Assembly (NCBI GenBank): GCA_963841735.1
Contig: CAWJDT010000001.1
Location: 1,120,001-1,184,000, forward strand
Reading direction: 5' to 3'
From: an uncultured Actinomycetes bacterium
GTDB lineage: Bacteria > Actinomycetota > Thermoleophilia > RBG-16-64-13
DNA: 64,000 nt
The notes below the pieces were generated by a model. It had not been told where the DNA came from. It made no database searches and saw nothing but the letters and a program-made list of their open reading frames with translations. The translations under genes and the position numbers were made by a program. Shown here piece by piece: positions 47,347 to 60,098 of the stretch (its first letter is position 1; every line of letters starts with the position of its first letter).

Positions 47347-48933
47347 CTAGTCGACGGGCGTGTCGGGTGCGGCGGGAGGCTCGTTCTCGGCGCTCGGTGC
47401 GGGCGCCAGTACACCCGGGGACTGCCGTACCAACCGCACCTTCTCGGCGGCCAGCCGGGGGGAAAGACCAACCTCGTAGATCTCGGGATTGCGCAACCGG
47501 CGGAGCTCTTCGGGCAGTGCCGCCACTTGGGCGCACGCCCGGGTGCGGATCTCTTCCAACGCGGGGGACGGGCCTACCCGCTCACCGGCACGCATCACAG
47601 GCTGCAAAAGGGACTCACAGCAGGTCGCGTCCCACACTGCCCGCAGAAACGACAGGTCTTGGCGCTCGGCGAAAGGCACCGGCTTGGCGGGCTGCCCGGA
47701 ATCGATGACGTCGGCGGGTTCGTCCGCCAACCGGATAAGATCGGCCAGAGGTCTGCCGTCGCCGTCGTAGTAGCGCACTAGGCGTTTGCGCCCCGGGTCG
47801 GTCATCTTGGCCGGGTTGGCCGAGACCTTGATGCGTGGCTCCCACTCGCCGTCGCTCTGGCGGATGGCCACCAGCTTGTACACTCCGCCCAAGGCCGGGT
47901 GGTCGGACGAGGTCACGAGGTGGGTCCCCACGCCCCAGGTGTTGATGGGAGCGCCCTGCCGCTTGAGGTCGGCGATGAGGTCTTCGTCGAGCTCGTTGGA
48001 GGCAACGATGCGGGGGTCGTCGAAGCCGGCCTCCTTGAACATCCGGCGGGCCGCCTTGCTTAGACGGGCGAGGTCGCCCGAATCAAGGCGCACGCCGGGC
48101 CGCACCTGCCGCCCGGCCGCACGTAGCTCCTTGAACACCTGCACGGCGTTTGGCAGCCCCGAACTCAAGGTGTCATAAGTGTCGACCAGCAGTACCGGGT
48201 CCTCGGCACACTGGGCGTAGGCCCGGAATGCCTCCAGCTCCGAATCGAAGCTCATCACCCACGAATGGGCGTGCGTACCCTGCACCGGTATGCCGAAGAT
48301 CTTGCCGGCCAAAACGTTGGATGTAGTGTCGGCGCCCCCGATGTAGGCCGCTCGCGAGCCGCTGAGAGCACCGTCCGGGCCTTGAGCCCGGCGCAACCCG
48401 AACTCCACCAGCTTGTCGTTGCCGCAGGCCAGTCGGATGCGCGCGGCCTTGGTGGCGATGAGAGTGGGGTAGTTGAGGCTGTTGAGAAGGGCGGTCTCCA
48501 GAAGCTGCGCCTCTATCAGAGGCCCTTCAACTTGGAGTATGGGCTCATGGGGGAAGACCACTGTGCCTTCCGGCACAGCGTCAATGGAGCAGCGGGGCCG
48601 GAAATCCCGCAGGTAATCGAGGAAGCCGTCATCGAACGCACCCAGTCCCGCGAGGTAGTCCAGGTCTGAGGTGGTGAAACGCAGACCATCGAGCAGGTCC
48701 AAAAACTGCTCGAGTCCGGCGGTGATGGCGAAGCCGTTGTGCGGAGGAAGCTCGCGGAACGTGTAGTCAAAACAGGCGGTGAGGTCCTTGCGGCCCGTTC
48801 TCCAGTAGCCGCCCATCATCGTTAGCTGGTAGTAGTCGGTGAGTAGAGCGAGGTTCTCGCGCTCCGCCCAGCGCTGAGAGACGTCGGGGGGCGTGCCGGC
48901 GGACCGGTCTCCAGCACCACCGCGGGCGGTCAT
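47347..48933 (-). CDS. pncB: Nicotinate phosphoribosyltransferase
   Basis: LLTDYYQLTM, EFGLRRAQG, TSNVLAG, GTHAHSW, LVDTYD, VRLDSGDL, GGVYKL. Confidence 0.95.
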   Translation of the reverse strand: MTARGGAGDRSAGTPPDVSQRWAERENLALLTDYYQLTMMGGYWRTGRKDLTACFDYTFRELPPHNGFAITAGLEQFLDLLDGLRFTTSDLDYLAGLGAFDDGFLDYLRDFRPRCSIDAVPEGTVVFPHEPILQVEGPLIEAQLLETALLNSLNYPTLIATKAARIRLACGNDKLVEFGLRRAQGPDGALSGSRAAYIGGADTTSNVLAGKIFGIPVQGTHAHSWVMSFDSELEAFRAYAQCAEDPVLLVDTYDTLSSGLPNAVQVFKELRAAGRQVRPGVRLDSGDLARLSKAARRMFKEAGFDDPRIVASNELDEDLIADLKRQGAPINTWGVGTHLVTSSDHPALGGVYKLVAIRQSDGEWEPRIKVSANPAKMTDPGRKRLVRYYDGDGRPLADLIRLADEPADVIDSGQPAKPVPFAERQDLSFLRAVWDATCCESLLQPVMRAGERVGPSPALEEIRTRACAQVAALPEELRRLRNPEIYEVGLSPRLAAEKVRLVRQSPGVLAPAPSAENEPPAAPDTPVD

Positions 48934-50204
48934 CGGCCCAGCGTCTCCATGCCGGCCGGCATCAGTGGGCGCAGGACGGCTGGGACTTCCACCAGCCCGC
49001 CCTCGGTCTGGTAATTCTCCATGATGGCGATCATTGTCCGGCCAAGGGCGACCACGGTGCCGTTGAGAGTATGCAGGAGATAGGCGCCGCCCTTCTCTCC
49101 CTTGGCCCGCACCTTCAGGCGGCGGGCCTGGTAATCGGTGCAGTTGGAGCAGGAGGTCACCTCCCGGTAACGTGCCTGGGTGGGCAACCACGCCTCCAGG
49201 TCGTACTTCTTGGCGGCTGGGGCGCCCAAATCGCCGGCGGCGATATTGACCGCCTGGTAGGGTAGACCCAGCTCCTGGAGGACCTCCTCCTCGATGGAGC
49301 GCATGAAGTCGTGCTCCGCGGCCGACTTGTCGGGAGCGCAGAAGCTGAACATCTCCACCTTGTCGAACTGGTGCACGCGGAAGATGCCTCGAGTATCTTT
49401 GCCGGCCGCCCCAGCCTCCCGCCGGAAGCAGCTGGAATAGCCCACATAGCGCAGGGGCAGGTCGGCCTCGTCGACTATCTCATCCATGTGCAGCGCGGCC
49501 AGAGGCACCTCGGAGGTGCCCACCAGGTTGAGTCCGTCGGCCTCCACGCGGTACACCTGTTGCATGTCTGTGGGGAAGAATCCCGTGCCGTACATGGCTT
49601 CGTCGCGAACGAGCACGGGCACCACCGCGGGCCTGAAGCCCTTGGAAGCAAGCTTCTCCAGCGCGAACCGCACCAACGCGAACTGCAGGAACACCAAGTC
49701 GCCCATTAGGTAGGCGAAGCGGCTGCCTGAGGTACGGGCGCCCCGGTCCATGTCGATGAGCCCGTGGGGGGTCGCCAGGTCTAAATGGTCAACCGGGGTG
49801 AAGGCGAAAGTGCGCGGCGTGCCCCACTGGTGAAGCACAACGGAGTCCTCTTCGCCGCCACTGGGCGTCGTTGGATCGGGCAGGTTGGGGACTCGGAGAA
49901 GACCCTCCTCCAAAGCCGTCTCCACGTCCTTGAGCGCGGCCTCCAGGTCTTTGATCTCGTCCCCCACCGTGCGCATGGCCTCTATCCTGGGTGTGGCGTC
50001 CTGCTTGTCGCGCTTGAGAAGGGCGATCTCCTCGCTCACGGTGTTCCGAAGGCTGCGCCGCTCCTCCACCTGCACCAGGAGTTCGCGGCGTGAGAGGTCC
50101 AATTCGAGCAACCGCTCCAGCGCGGCCTCGGCACCGGCACCCCGGCGGCGTAAGGCCTCCCTCGCCGATTCGGGATCGCTGCGGATGAGTTTGATATCGA
50201 GCAT
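48930..50204 (-). CDS. serS: Serine--tRNA ligase
   Basis: MLDIKLIR, GTSEVPL, FRREAG, FRVHQFDKVE, SCSNCTDYQARR, HTLNGT. Confidence 0.98.
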   Translation of the reverse strand: MLDIKLIRSDPESAREALRRRGAGAEAALERLLELDLSRRELLVQVEERRSLRNTVSEEIALLKRDKQDATPRIEAMRTVGDEIKDLEAALKDVETALEEGLLRVPNLPDPTTPSGGEEDSVVLHQWGTPRTFAFTPVDHLDLATPHGLIDMDRGARTSGSRFAYLMGDLVFLQFALVRFALEKLASKGFRPAVVPVLVRDEAMYGTGFFPTDMQQVYRVEADGLNLVGTSEVPLAALHMDEIVDEADLPLRYVGYSSCFRREAGAAGKDTRGIFRVHQFDKVEMFSFCAPDKSAAEHDFMRSIEEEVLQELGLPYQAVNIAAGDLGAPAAKKYDLEAWLPTQARYREVTSCSNCTDYQARRLKVRAKGEKGGAYLLHTLNGTVVALGRTMIAIMENYQTEGGLVEVPAVLRPLMPAGMETLGR

Positions 50205-50238
50205 GCGACCCTCCTCGGGTACGTACCGGTGGTTTCTT

Positions 50239-51190
50239 CTAGCGGGCCGTGGCTTGATCCAGAGGCCGGCCCACAGGATAGCTGCCCAACACAGTCAAGC
50301 GCGGCAACTTGCAGCAGAGGCAGCGCAGGGCGTCGGCGATGGAGAGGTCGTCCACCTTGCCCTCCATATCGACGATGAAGATGTAGTCGCCCAGCCTCCG
50401 CTTGGAGGGGCGCGACTCGATCTTGGTGAGGTTGATATGCCGGAAAGCGAACTCCTGCAGAATCAAGAGAAGGGCCCCTGGCTGGTCCTTGACGATCTCG
50501 CATACCACCGACGTCTTGTATGGTTCGAACCAGTCCTGGCGCTCGCGCTGCCGGGCCAGGAACACGAAGCGCGTCTCGTTGTCCGCGTGGTCTTCGATGT
50601 CGGCCGCGAGCACGGCGCATCCATACGTGGTGCCCGCCAGCCGGTTGCCGATAGCGACCCAGGGCTCGTCGGTCGAAGACAACCTGTTCCACCGCGTTCG
50701 CCGTCGAGTTGGCAGCCACGATCTCCCGGCCGGGAAGGTTCTGCCTTAGCCAGATGCGGCACTGCCCGTTGGCATGGGGATGCGAGATCACCTTGGTGAT
50801 CTGGTCCAGGGTCACTCCGGGGCGCGCCAGAAGGCAGTGGCGGATGGGATGCCGTACCTCTCGCACCATCTGTAGGTTGTCGATCTCGTGCGCCAGAACG
50901 TCGATAGTGGCCGAGACCGAGCCTTCGATGGAGTTCTCGATAGGCACGATGGCGCAGTCGACCTTTCCCGTCGATACCGCTTCTATGGTCTCCTGCATGG
51001 AACCAAAAGGCAGGAACAGCCGGCTGCGACCGCTCGGTGACTTCTCGTCGAGGGTCGCCCTCAGCGCCTCTTCCGTGAACGTCCCGGCGGGACCGAGAAA
51101 GCCCACGGTGGTCGCCGCCACCGGCAACGGCTCGGCGAGTGATGACACCGCCCAGGGGATGACGCCGGGCCTCGCCGCGTCACAGGCCAC
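50239..51190 (-). CDS. pheA: Prephenate dehydratase; apparent frameshift near 50680; start uncertain
   Basis: FLGPAGTFTE, PIENSIEG, SHP..QC, then NETRF, INLTKIESRP, LGSYP in a second frame. Confidence 0.92.
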
Positions 51191-52055
51191 GCGGATCTCC
51201 CTCGTCGTCGAAGGCTGAGGACCATTCATCGTCGTAGCCGGGAGCACGACGGGGCTCGTCCCCAATGTCGTTCTCGGGCTCGTCCGAGTGACTGAGTGTC
51301 TGTTTGCGCTGCTGGACGAAGTGCTCCGCCAGACTTACGCCCAGTGGTGTTGGCGTCTCCGGCGCGTCCCAGCCTTTGGCCGAGGCAGGTACCGCCCCCT
51401 CCACCAAGGGCATGCCCTTCCTCTTACGCCTGCGGTTCTCTCGCTCCAACTCCCGGTCGCTCATGGGGCGCAGGCCGGGCAGTCCGGTCGCCATCGGCGC
51501 GCCATCGTCAACGGGGCCGGCGTCGGCCCGGACGAACTCCTCCTCGTCGGACCCCTCGACCCTTGGGCGGATGGTGAACGGCGCGCTCCCCCGGGCCTGG
51601 TTGACCGCGTCAGCCTCTTCGGGAGCTAGGGCGATGTCTCCTTGCCCGTCCTTGATCAACTTCACGTACATGCGGGCGAAGTCACGACTCACCACGGTAG
51701 TGATGACCACACCGTCACTGGCCGCATTCAAGAACGCGACGGCGGTGCTCTGCCTCCCGCCCAGGTCGTGGTAGGCGTCGAAGCGGACGATGCCCACTCG
51801 AGACAGGGAGCCGTCTATGCGCACGTCATGATCGCGGGCTGCCAGAGTCAGATCCTCCAGGGCAAGGCGCATGTTGGTGAGCTTGTCGTCGACGGCCGAG
51901 ACGTGCTCCACGATGTCTACTGAGCCCCGGGAGCCCATGATGACGTACTGATTTCGGCGATATCGTTGTAGTGACCTAAAGACGAGCACCAACCCTGTCG
52001 TCGTGAACGCCGCCACGACGAGGGCCAGTATCGCGATTATCTCGGCTGGCTGCAC
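51180..52055 (-). CDS. DUF4446-family protein with a C-terminal extension
   Basis: N-terminal TM, VRFDAYHDLGGRQS, GVVIT, RMYVK, EEADAV. Confidence 0.8.
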   Translation of the reverse strand: MQPAEIIAILALVVAAFTTTGLVLVFRSLQRYRRNQYVIMGSRGSVDIVEHVSAVDDKLTNMRLALEDLTLAARDHDVRIDGSLSRVGIVRFDAYHDLGGRQSTAVAFLNAASDGVVITTVVSRDFARMYVKLIKDGQGDIALAPEEADAVNQARGSAPFTIRPRVEGSDEEEFVRADAGPVDDGAPMATGLPGLRPMSDRELERENRRRKRKGMPLVEGAVPASAKGWDAPETPTPLGVSLAEHFVQQRKQTLSHSDEPENDIGDEPRRAPGYDDEWSSAFDDEGDPRGL

Positions 52056-52073
52056 TTGCGCTTCCTCCGGCCC

Positions 52074-53150
52074 CTAAAGCTTAAAGATGACATTGGCTTC
52101 TATCCAATTGTTGTTGCTGTTCTTCTCTTGTTGCACCGGCCCCACCTGCACGCGCAGGAGGGCTACTTCGCCGTATTCGGCCGGGGTGAGGCCCTCGATC
52201 GTGACCTCGATCTCGGTGCCGGCCTTGATCGACGGGATCTTCATGCTGGCTTCCACGGGTTCGGCCGATTCCGACGAGCGCAGGGAGATGACTACCGGCA
52301 CGAAGGTTTCGTCCATGTTCCCTTGGTTCTCCACGGTCACCACGAAGGTCAGTTCGTTGCTCATAGTAAGGTTGAACGTGCCGCCGGAGGTGATCTCCTT
52401 GTCGTCGGGCGTGGCTACTACCTTCTTCAGAGCCACACCGTGTACGGCCTGCAGGACGCCGGTGCTCTTCAGCCGGGCCAAGATGGCAAGGGCCTCGGTC
52501 TTCGAGGCGAGATTCGGGTCGGACAAGAACTGGCTGGTTGGCACAAGGACCCCGCTGATCTCCTGCTCGCCCAGGATCGTGGTGGTCTTTCGCACGAAGA
52601 CCTCCGCGTACAGAAAGTCGGAGGAAGTGAGGAAGTAGAGCGCGTTCTGGATCTGCCGGGCTGGGACCTCCGTGTCCTGGACCTCGAGGGCACCCATGAT
52701 GGCCGGTTTTAGCTCGCTCACGCCCCGTTGCCGGAAGTTCATGACCACCAGGAACATCTGCTGGACATTGAGCAGATCTTCGGGGGTCTCGAGCTTCTGA
52801 GCCTCCACCTCCAGCTGTTCGCAAGTGCCTATGAAAGAGTCAAGCCTGCTCTGGACCTGAGCGCGATTGGTGTCGCCTGGGTCGGTCAGCAACTGGTTCA
52901 GGTCGGCGCCCACCTCGTCCGAGCGCTCGAGGATGTCGGCCACCGCCAGCATGTAGCGGTTGTAGTCGGACGCATCGCCGCCGGATGAACAACCCCGGGA
53001 GGCCACCACGATGATCACAATCAGCAGGATGAGGGCAGCCACAAATAACACCAGTCGGATCATTGGCTTGGGCAGTCTCCTGCTCGGCCGCCGCTTCCGC
53101 TCTCCGGTGTCTAACACAAATCGAGTGTTGTCTCTGTCCAGATTCGTCAT
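52074..53150 (-). CDS. Membrane-anchored protein with a C-terminal CARDB/Ig-like domain
   Basis: TM helix, helical region, VTVENQGN...EKNSNNN. Confidence 0.75.
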   Translation of the reverse strand: MTNLDRDNTRFVLDTGERKRRPSRRLPKPMIRLVLFVAALILLIVIIVVASRGCSSGGDASDYNRYMLAVADILERSDEVGADLNQLLTDPGDTNRAQVQSRLDSFIGTCEQLEVEAQKLETPEDLLNVQQMFLVVMNFRQRGVSELKPAIMGALEVQDTEVPARQIQNALYFLTSSDFLYAEVFVRKTTTILGEQEISGVLVPTSQFLSDPNLASKTEALAILARLKSTGVLQAVHGVALKKVVATPDDKEITSGGTFNLTMSNELTFVVTVENQGNMDETFVPVVISLRSSESAEPVEASMKIPSIKAGTEIEVTIEGLTPAEYGEVALLRVQVGPVQQEKNSNNNWIEANVIFKL

Positions 53151-53180
53151 ACGTAACGGCGCTGCCCGAAAGAAAATTGA

Positions 53181-53267
53181 TGGTGGGCGAGGGGGGACTT
53201 GAACCCCCATGAGCGTAAGCTCACTAGACCCTGAACCTAGCGCGTCTGCCAATTCCGCCACTCGCCC
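53181..53267 (-). tRNA. tRNA-Leu(CAG)
   Basis: Reverse complement GGGCGAGTGGCGGAATTGGCAGACGCGCTAGGTT-CAG-GGTCTAG...GGTTCAAGTCCCCCCTCGCCCACCA; upstream TGTTATAAT extended -10. Confidence 0.97.
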
Positions 53268-53311
53268 GAAGCGACCCGGATTATAACATGGAGCCGCTGA
53301 AGCCAGACGCT

Positions 53312-53336
53312 GTTTGACGCGAGGCGTGGTGGGAAT
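53312..53336 (+). promoter_or_regulatory. SigB/SigF-type stress promoter candidate
   Basis: GTTTGA-N13-GGGAAT upstream of the zf-TFIIB gene. Confidence 0.5.
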
Positions 53337-53418
53337 AAGGAGCCATGCGTTGTCGGCGCGGACGGCTTTTGGTCTAAGTGCGAGCAACGCAACGGAGACG
53401 CAGCCAAAGGAGCGCCGC

Positions 53419-53967
53419 ATGTACTGCCCCGACTGCCGAGTACCGCTGTATGCCACGGAATACATGGGTGTGCGTGTCGATGAATGCCCCCAATGTCTGG
53501 GCCGCTGGTTCGATCGCGACGAGTTGCGTCGGGCCAAGGATCACGCCGACCCCGACCTGCGCTGGCTCGATTTCGACGTGTTCGCGCGTGAACCGAGTGA
53601 TTCGCCCGACGGCGCCAAAGGACGAGATTGCCCGCGCGACCTGGTGAAGATGGGTGTGGTCGTCTATGAGAAATCCGGGGTCTGCATCGACAAGTGCGGG
53701 CAGTGTCTGGGTGTCTGGCTGGATCACGGGGAATTCGAGAAGATCGTGAAGCACCTGGAGCAAGAGGTCGATTCGGAGACCGCCAAGCAGTACCGCGAGG
53801 AGGCCAAGAAGCAGCTCGCACAGGTGTTCAAAGGACCCGAAGGGCCGCTTTCCGAACTGCGCGACTTGTTCGCCGTTCTGCATCTGCTCAAGACGCGCGT
53901 CGGGGTGGAGCAGTCCAGCCTAGCCAATGCTCTCAACACCGTCTGGGTGATCAACCCCTTCAAGTAG
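53419..53967 (+). CDS. Double zf-TFIIB (zinc ribbon) domain protein
   Basis: CPDC...DECPQCLGRWFDRDEL and CPRD...DKCGQCLGVWLDHGE. Confidence 0.88.
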   Translation: MYCPDCRVPLYATEYMGVRVDECPQCLGRWFDRDELRRAKDHADPDLRWLDFDVFAREPSDSPDGAKGRDCPRDLVKMGVVVYEKSGVCIDKCGQCLGVWLDHGEFEKIVKHLEQEVDSETAKQYREEAKKQLAQVFKGPEGPLSELRDLFAVLHLLKTRVGVEQSSLANALNTVWVINPFK

Positions 53968-54086
53968 ACTGTCGCTTGGCCGGACCCCTGGGTGGGGGCG
54001 CGACTGGGGATCTCGCTTCACCGCATACGGGATTGTGCGCATCGGGAGCGAACTAATACCAAGTTCCCCAACGATATACTGGAGCC

Positions 54087-55782
<1,696 letters not shown>

Positions 55783-55794
55783 GAGGAAGCGCTG

Positions 55795-56849
55795 ATGTGG
55801 TCGTGGCGACAGAGTGAGCCCCGCGGGAAGAACGCTTCGAAGCTGTACGTACAGCCGTCCGAAGTGGCGGGAAAGCTCGTCAAAGAAATGGAAGACGACA
55901 AGGTGGCGCGGGGTCCGCACGTGTCGGTGCGCAATCGCTACACCGTGTACCTCTGCCGGGAGGACTATGAGCGTTGGCGCCGGCAAGAGGACCAGCTGGT
56001 GGCCAAGCTGGAGATGCATCTCAGCCGGCACATGCGACAGCAAGCGATATGAAGCTCCTGGTGCCATCTGCGTCAGGTTGGCGCCCGATCCCGATCTCAA
56101 GCTGGGGCACTATGGTATCTACGCTGAACGGGAGATGCCGTCTGGCGTTGTGCGAAAGGGAAGAGTGGCCTCCTCTCAGTCTTCGGCTGGAGTGGTCGGT
56201 CGTGCCGCGGCCGGAGCCGCGGGCGCCGCGGGGATAGGAGCCGGTCTGGCCGGCCGGGTATCCGGTGGTACCGGAGTGGCGAGCGTCGGTCCCGCCGGAA
56301 TGGCAGCGGCTCGTGCCGCGGCTTCGCGGGCGGCAGCGGCTCGTGAGGCTGAAGGCCTCTCGGTCTCCGGCATCGTTCAGGCCAAGGCCGACGTCCACGC
56401 GGAGGTTGATGAGGCTTCCCCCTAGCCGTGTGTCGGTCCGTCCGGAGCGCCCTGCTGCGGCTCAGCTCCGGCCGGAGCCGGTCCGGCCCGCGATTCCTCC
56501 TCGCGCCGAGCGGACCGCGGGAGTGACTCAGGTCATCTCAGCGGGTGACGTCGCGCAACTCGGTCTTGCCAAGCAGACCATCGTGTTGCGGGCTAACAAC
56601 CAGGAGTATGAGTTCAACAAGGGCCGGGTGATCGTGGGTCGCTCGCGGGATGTCGATTTCCGGGTCGACAACGCCGACGTTTCGCGCCGGCATGCGGCTT
56701 TCTTTTGGTCAGAAGGTAGCATCATGGTCAAGGATCTCGGTTCCACGAACGGGACGATGGTCAACGGTTACCCTGTGGAATCCAGCATCGTCCGTCCTGG
56801 TGACGTCGTGTTGGTAGGGGACTGCTTCATCACTGTGGAATACAGGTAG
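55795..56849 (+). CDS. fhaA: FhaA-like protein (DUF3662 plus FHA); apparent frameshifts near 56045 and 56420
   Basis: VQPSEVAGKLVKEMED...NRYTVYL; FHA motifs GRSRD, VSRRHA, DLGSTNGT; upstream TATAAT at 55725 and AGGAGG RBS. Confidence 0.82.
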
Positions 56850-56874
56850 AGCCCGCGAACTGGATGAGTAGCCC

Positions 56875-57387
56875 ATGCTGGAAATAGTCTTACTGGCCGG
56901 GAAATTCATATTCCTCGGTCGTTCTCTATCTTTTCATCTACAAGGTAGTCCGCTCGACTACCCGCGAGCTGCGGGCGGCCGCACCGGTGGCGGCGGCGCC
57001 GCATTGGCATGCTTCTGACGGAGCGCATGTCGGCGGCGGAGTGGCGATGCCGTTGGTCTCGACCGCTTCTGCGCCGAGACCCGGGACATGGACCCTCCGC
57101 GTGCTCAAGAGCCCGACCATACCGGTGGGAGCAGCCTATGCGCTCCAGCCGGGCGCTCACGCCATGGCCGGCCGCTCTCCGAGGACATGGACATCTTTCT
57201 CGATGACACTTTTGTATCGGCCAAGCATGTCTTGTTCGAAGTCACGGCCGCCGGGCTGCAGATGGAAGACCTCCGCAGCACCAATGGGACGCAGGTGAAC
57301 GGTTCGGACACCGAGGGCGCCGTGCTGCTGAGGCCGGGAGATCGGGTGGAAGTAGGCGACACGGTGTTCCAGGTGGAGGCGGAGTGA
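56875..57387 (+). CDS. fhaB: FhaB/FipA-like TM plus FHA protein; apparent frameshifts near 56920 and 57178
   Basis: MLEIVLLAGKFIFL TM start; DDTFVSAKH, EDLRSTNGT, GDRVEVG. Confidence 0.78.
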
Positions 57388-58830
57388 TGCGCCTAAGGGC
57401 CGGTGTCGCCAGCGACTGCGGTCTTGTCAGGCCGGCCAACGAGGACTCCTTTCTGCTCAGGACGGGGCTCTACGCGGTCTGTGACGGGATGGGGGGAGCC
57501 CGGGCGGGAGAGGTGGCTTCGCAGATGGCCTGTCTGGGATTGGTCGCGTTAGACCCGGCGTCGGCGGGGGAGCCGGATCTTCGCCGGGCGATCGCCAGTA
57601 CCAACAAGGCCATCACCGGCCGTAGCGCGTCCGAGGAGCATCTGCTGGGCATGGGCACCACGATCACGGTTGCCCTTGTCAAGGCGGAGAGTCTCATCGT
57701 GGCCCACGTGGGCGACTCGCGGGCGTACGTGCTGCACGCAGGCGAGCTGGCCCAGGTCACCGACGACCATTCGTGGGTGGGAGAGATGGTGCGCAGGGGC
57801 GAGATCACCCTGGCTCAGGCAGCTGTCCACCCGCATCGCAGCGTCATCACCCGCGCTCTGGGGACCGACGGAGACGTCATCCCCGGACACGACGGAGGTT
57901 CCGCTGACTCCGGGCGACAGGGTGCTTCTCTGCAGTGACGGTCTCACCGGCATGGTCACCGACCAAGTCATAGCGGAGTTGCTGCAGCAAGGCGAATGAT
58001 CCGCAGGAGACTGCCGATGCGCTTGTCATGGCCGCTCTCGCCGGCGGGGGGGAAGACAACGTGACCGCGATCGTCGTCCATGTCGAGGCCGACCAGGATT
58101 CGGTGGCAGGCGAGGACGGCGGACGCGCGGTCGATGACCGTATCCTTTTCGGGCCGAGCGACAGGAGCGCCTCGGTCGCTGGGCCCTCACACCGCTCTAG
58201 GCGCGCCGCGGCTGCGGTGCGCGAGCGCTTGGGCCGGCGCGTGACCCCGCTGGCCCGGCCGGTGGCGGCGCCGCCCGCTTCGGCCGAGCCGGTCTCAGCC
58301 GCGCCGGTCTCTGCAGAGCCGGTCTCCACGGAGACCTGCCATCGCCGTGACGGCCTCGATCGAGGAGGTAGCCTTGTTTGAAGCCTCGGCCGCTGAGGCT
58401 TCGTGCTCTCGAGGCCCCGGTCGTCGGGGTGCCCGCCGAGCCTTCCACTGAGCAGGTCACGGTGACTTCCTCCCCCGAGGCGGAACCGAAGCCGGCCGGC
58501 GGAAGAGCGCACACTCGGAAGCGGCGCCGCTGGATCTACTGGACCGTCGTCGTGTTCCTTGTGGTGGTGATAGCCGTGGGCGCTCTCGCCTGGTTCAACT
58601 CCACCGTCTACTACGTGGGCGACTACAACGGCAAAGTGGCCCTCTTCAACGGGCTGCCGTTCAGCGTGCTCGGCGTCGATCTGTCGTCGGTGTATCAACT
58701 GAGCACCGTGCAATACGAGTCGCTGACCCCCTATCAACGGGAGCAGGTGGACTCACACGACCTGCTCAGCAAGGAGGAAGGGCAGCAGTTCCTCCGGACG
58801 CTGCCCCTCACAGGCAGCAGTGGGCAGTGA
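57387..58830 (+). CDS. pstP: PP2C-type Ser/Thr phosphatase (PstP/Stp1) with TM and extracellular tail; apparent frameshifts near 57880, 57995 and 58345
   Basis: GLVRPANED, VCDGMGG, GMGTT, HVGDSRAY, ITRALG, LLCSDGL, GGEDNVT, TM then YYVG. Confidence 0.85.
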
Positions 58831-60098
58831 GCCTGCGCAACCGCGAGCTCGTCTTTCTGATACCAGCCCTAGTCCTCACCACAGTGGGGTTTGCGCTGGT
58901 CTATACCGAGAAGTCCTCCACGCTCAGCTGGTCGTCGCTCTCCTACGGGGCGCTCTTCCTGGCCCTGTTCGTCATCGCTCACCTGGGTGGCCGGATACTT
59001 GCCGCCAAGGCCGATCCGTATCTCCTGCCGGTAACGGCGTTGCTCTCCACGCTGGGAATCGTGCTCATCTACCGCATCAACGTGGACCTGGCGCTCAAAC
59101 AGGCCATGTGGCTGGCCGCGGGCCTAGTGGCGTTCCTGCTTGTGCTGGCCTTCGTGCGCGACCTCAAGCGGCTCTACCGGTACCGTCTTATTGTGGGGAT
59201 CCTCGGTCTCTCGCTCTTGCTCTTCACGGCGGCGTTCGGGCGAGAGATCAACGGAGCCCGACTCTGGGTATCTTTGGGGCCCATCAGCTTCCAGCCCGCG
59301 GAGTTCGGCAAGATCTTGCTCATGATCTTCTTCGCCGCCTACCTGGTTGACATCCGGGAGATGCTGACCGTCAGTACGCACCGGGTCCTGGGCGTGCCGC
59401 TGCCGCCCTTCCGCTACCTGGCTCCTCTGCTCACCATCTGGGTCGTGTCCATGGCTCTCATGGTCTTCATGAAAGACCTGGGTACGAGCCTTCTCTTCTT
59501 CGGTGCTCTGCTGGCTCTTCTGTACGCGGCCACGGGGCGCATCTTCTACGTGTTGGTCGGATTGGTCCTGTTCTTCATAGGGGCCACCGTGCTCTACTTC
59601 ATCTTTCCGCACGTGCAGACCAGGGTGGACATCTGGCTAGATCCCTGGCAGGACCCTCGTGGCAAGGGATATCAGATCGTTCAGTCGCTTTTCGCCCTGG
59701 GCGGGGGTGGGCTTTTCGGAAGCGGACTGGGCCAAGGCTACCTCATCGCCTCCTCCGGGGAGACGATAATCCCCCACCTGGAGACCGATTTCATCTTCTC
59801 TGCCATCGGGGAGGAACTGGGTCTTGTCGGGGCGGCGGGCATTATCCTTCTCTATCTCGTGTTCACATACAGAGGCTTCCGCGTGGCCGTGACGGCCAAG
59901 GACGACTTCAGCCGCCTGCTGGCCACGGGTCTCACCAGCATCTTCGCCCTGCAGGCCTTCCTCATCATCGGGGGAGTGATCAAGCTGATCCCGCTAACGG
60001 GGATCACCCTGCCGTTCGTGAGTTACGGGGGAAGCTCGATCGTGGCCAACTTCGTCCTTCTGGCTCTGCTACTGCGTATGAGTGACAGGGCGGGCTAG
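58827..60098 (+). CDS. rodA: FtsW/RodA/SpoVE family SEDS protein
   Basis: NGARLW, FQPAEFGK, DLGT, YQIVQS, TDFIFSAIGEELG, PLTGITLPFVSYGGSS. Confidence 0.95.
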   Translation: MSLRNRELVFLIPALVLTTVGFALVYTEKSSTLSWSSLSYGALFLALFVIAHLGGRILAAKADPYLLPVTALLSTLGIVLIYRINVDLALKQAMWLAAGLVAFLLVLAFVRDLKRLYRYRLIVGILGLSLLLFTAAFGREINGARLWVSLGPISFQPAEFGKILLMIFFAAYLVDIREMLTVSTHRVLGVPLPPFRYLAPLLTIWVVSMALMVFMKDLGTSLLFFGALLALLYAATGRIFYVLVGLVLFFIGATVLYFIFPHVQTRVDIWLDPWQDPRGKGYQIVQSLFALGGGGLFGSGLGQGYLIASSGETIIPHLETDFIFSAIGEELGLVGAAGIILLYLVFTYRGFRVAVTAKDDFSRLLATGLTSIFALQAFLIIGGVIKLIPLTGITLPFVSYGGSSIVANFVLLALLLRMSDRAG

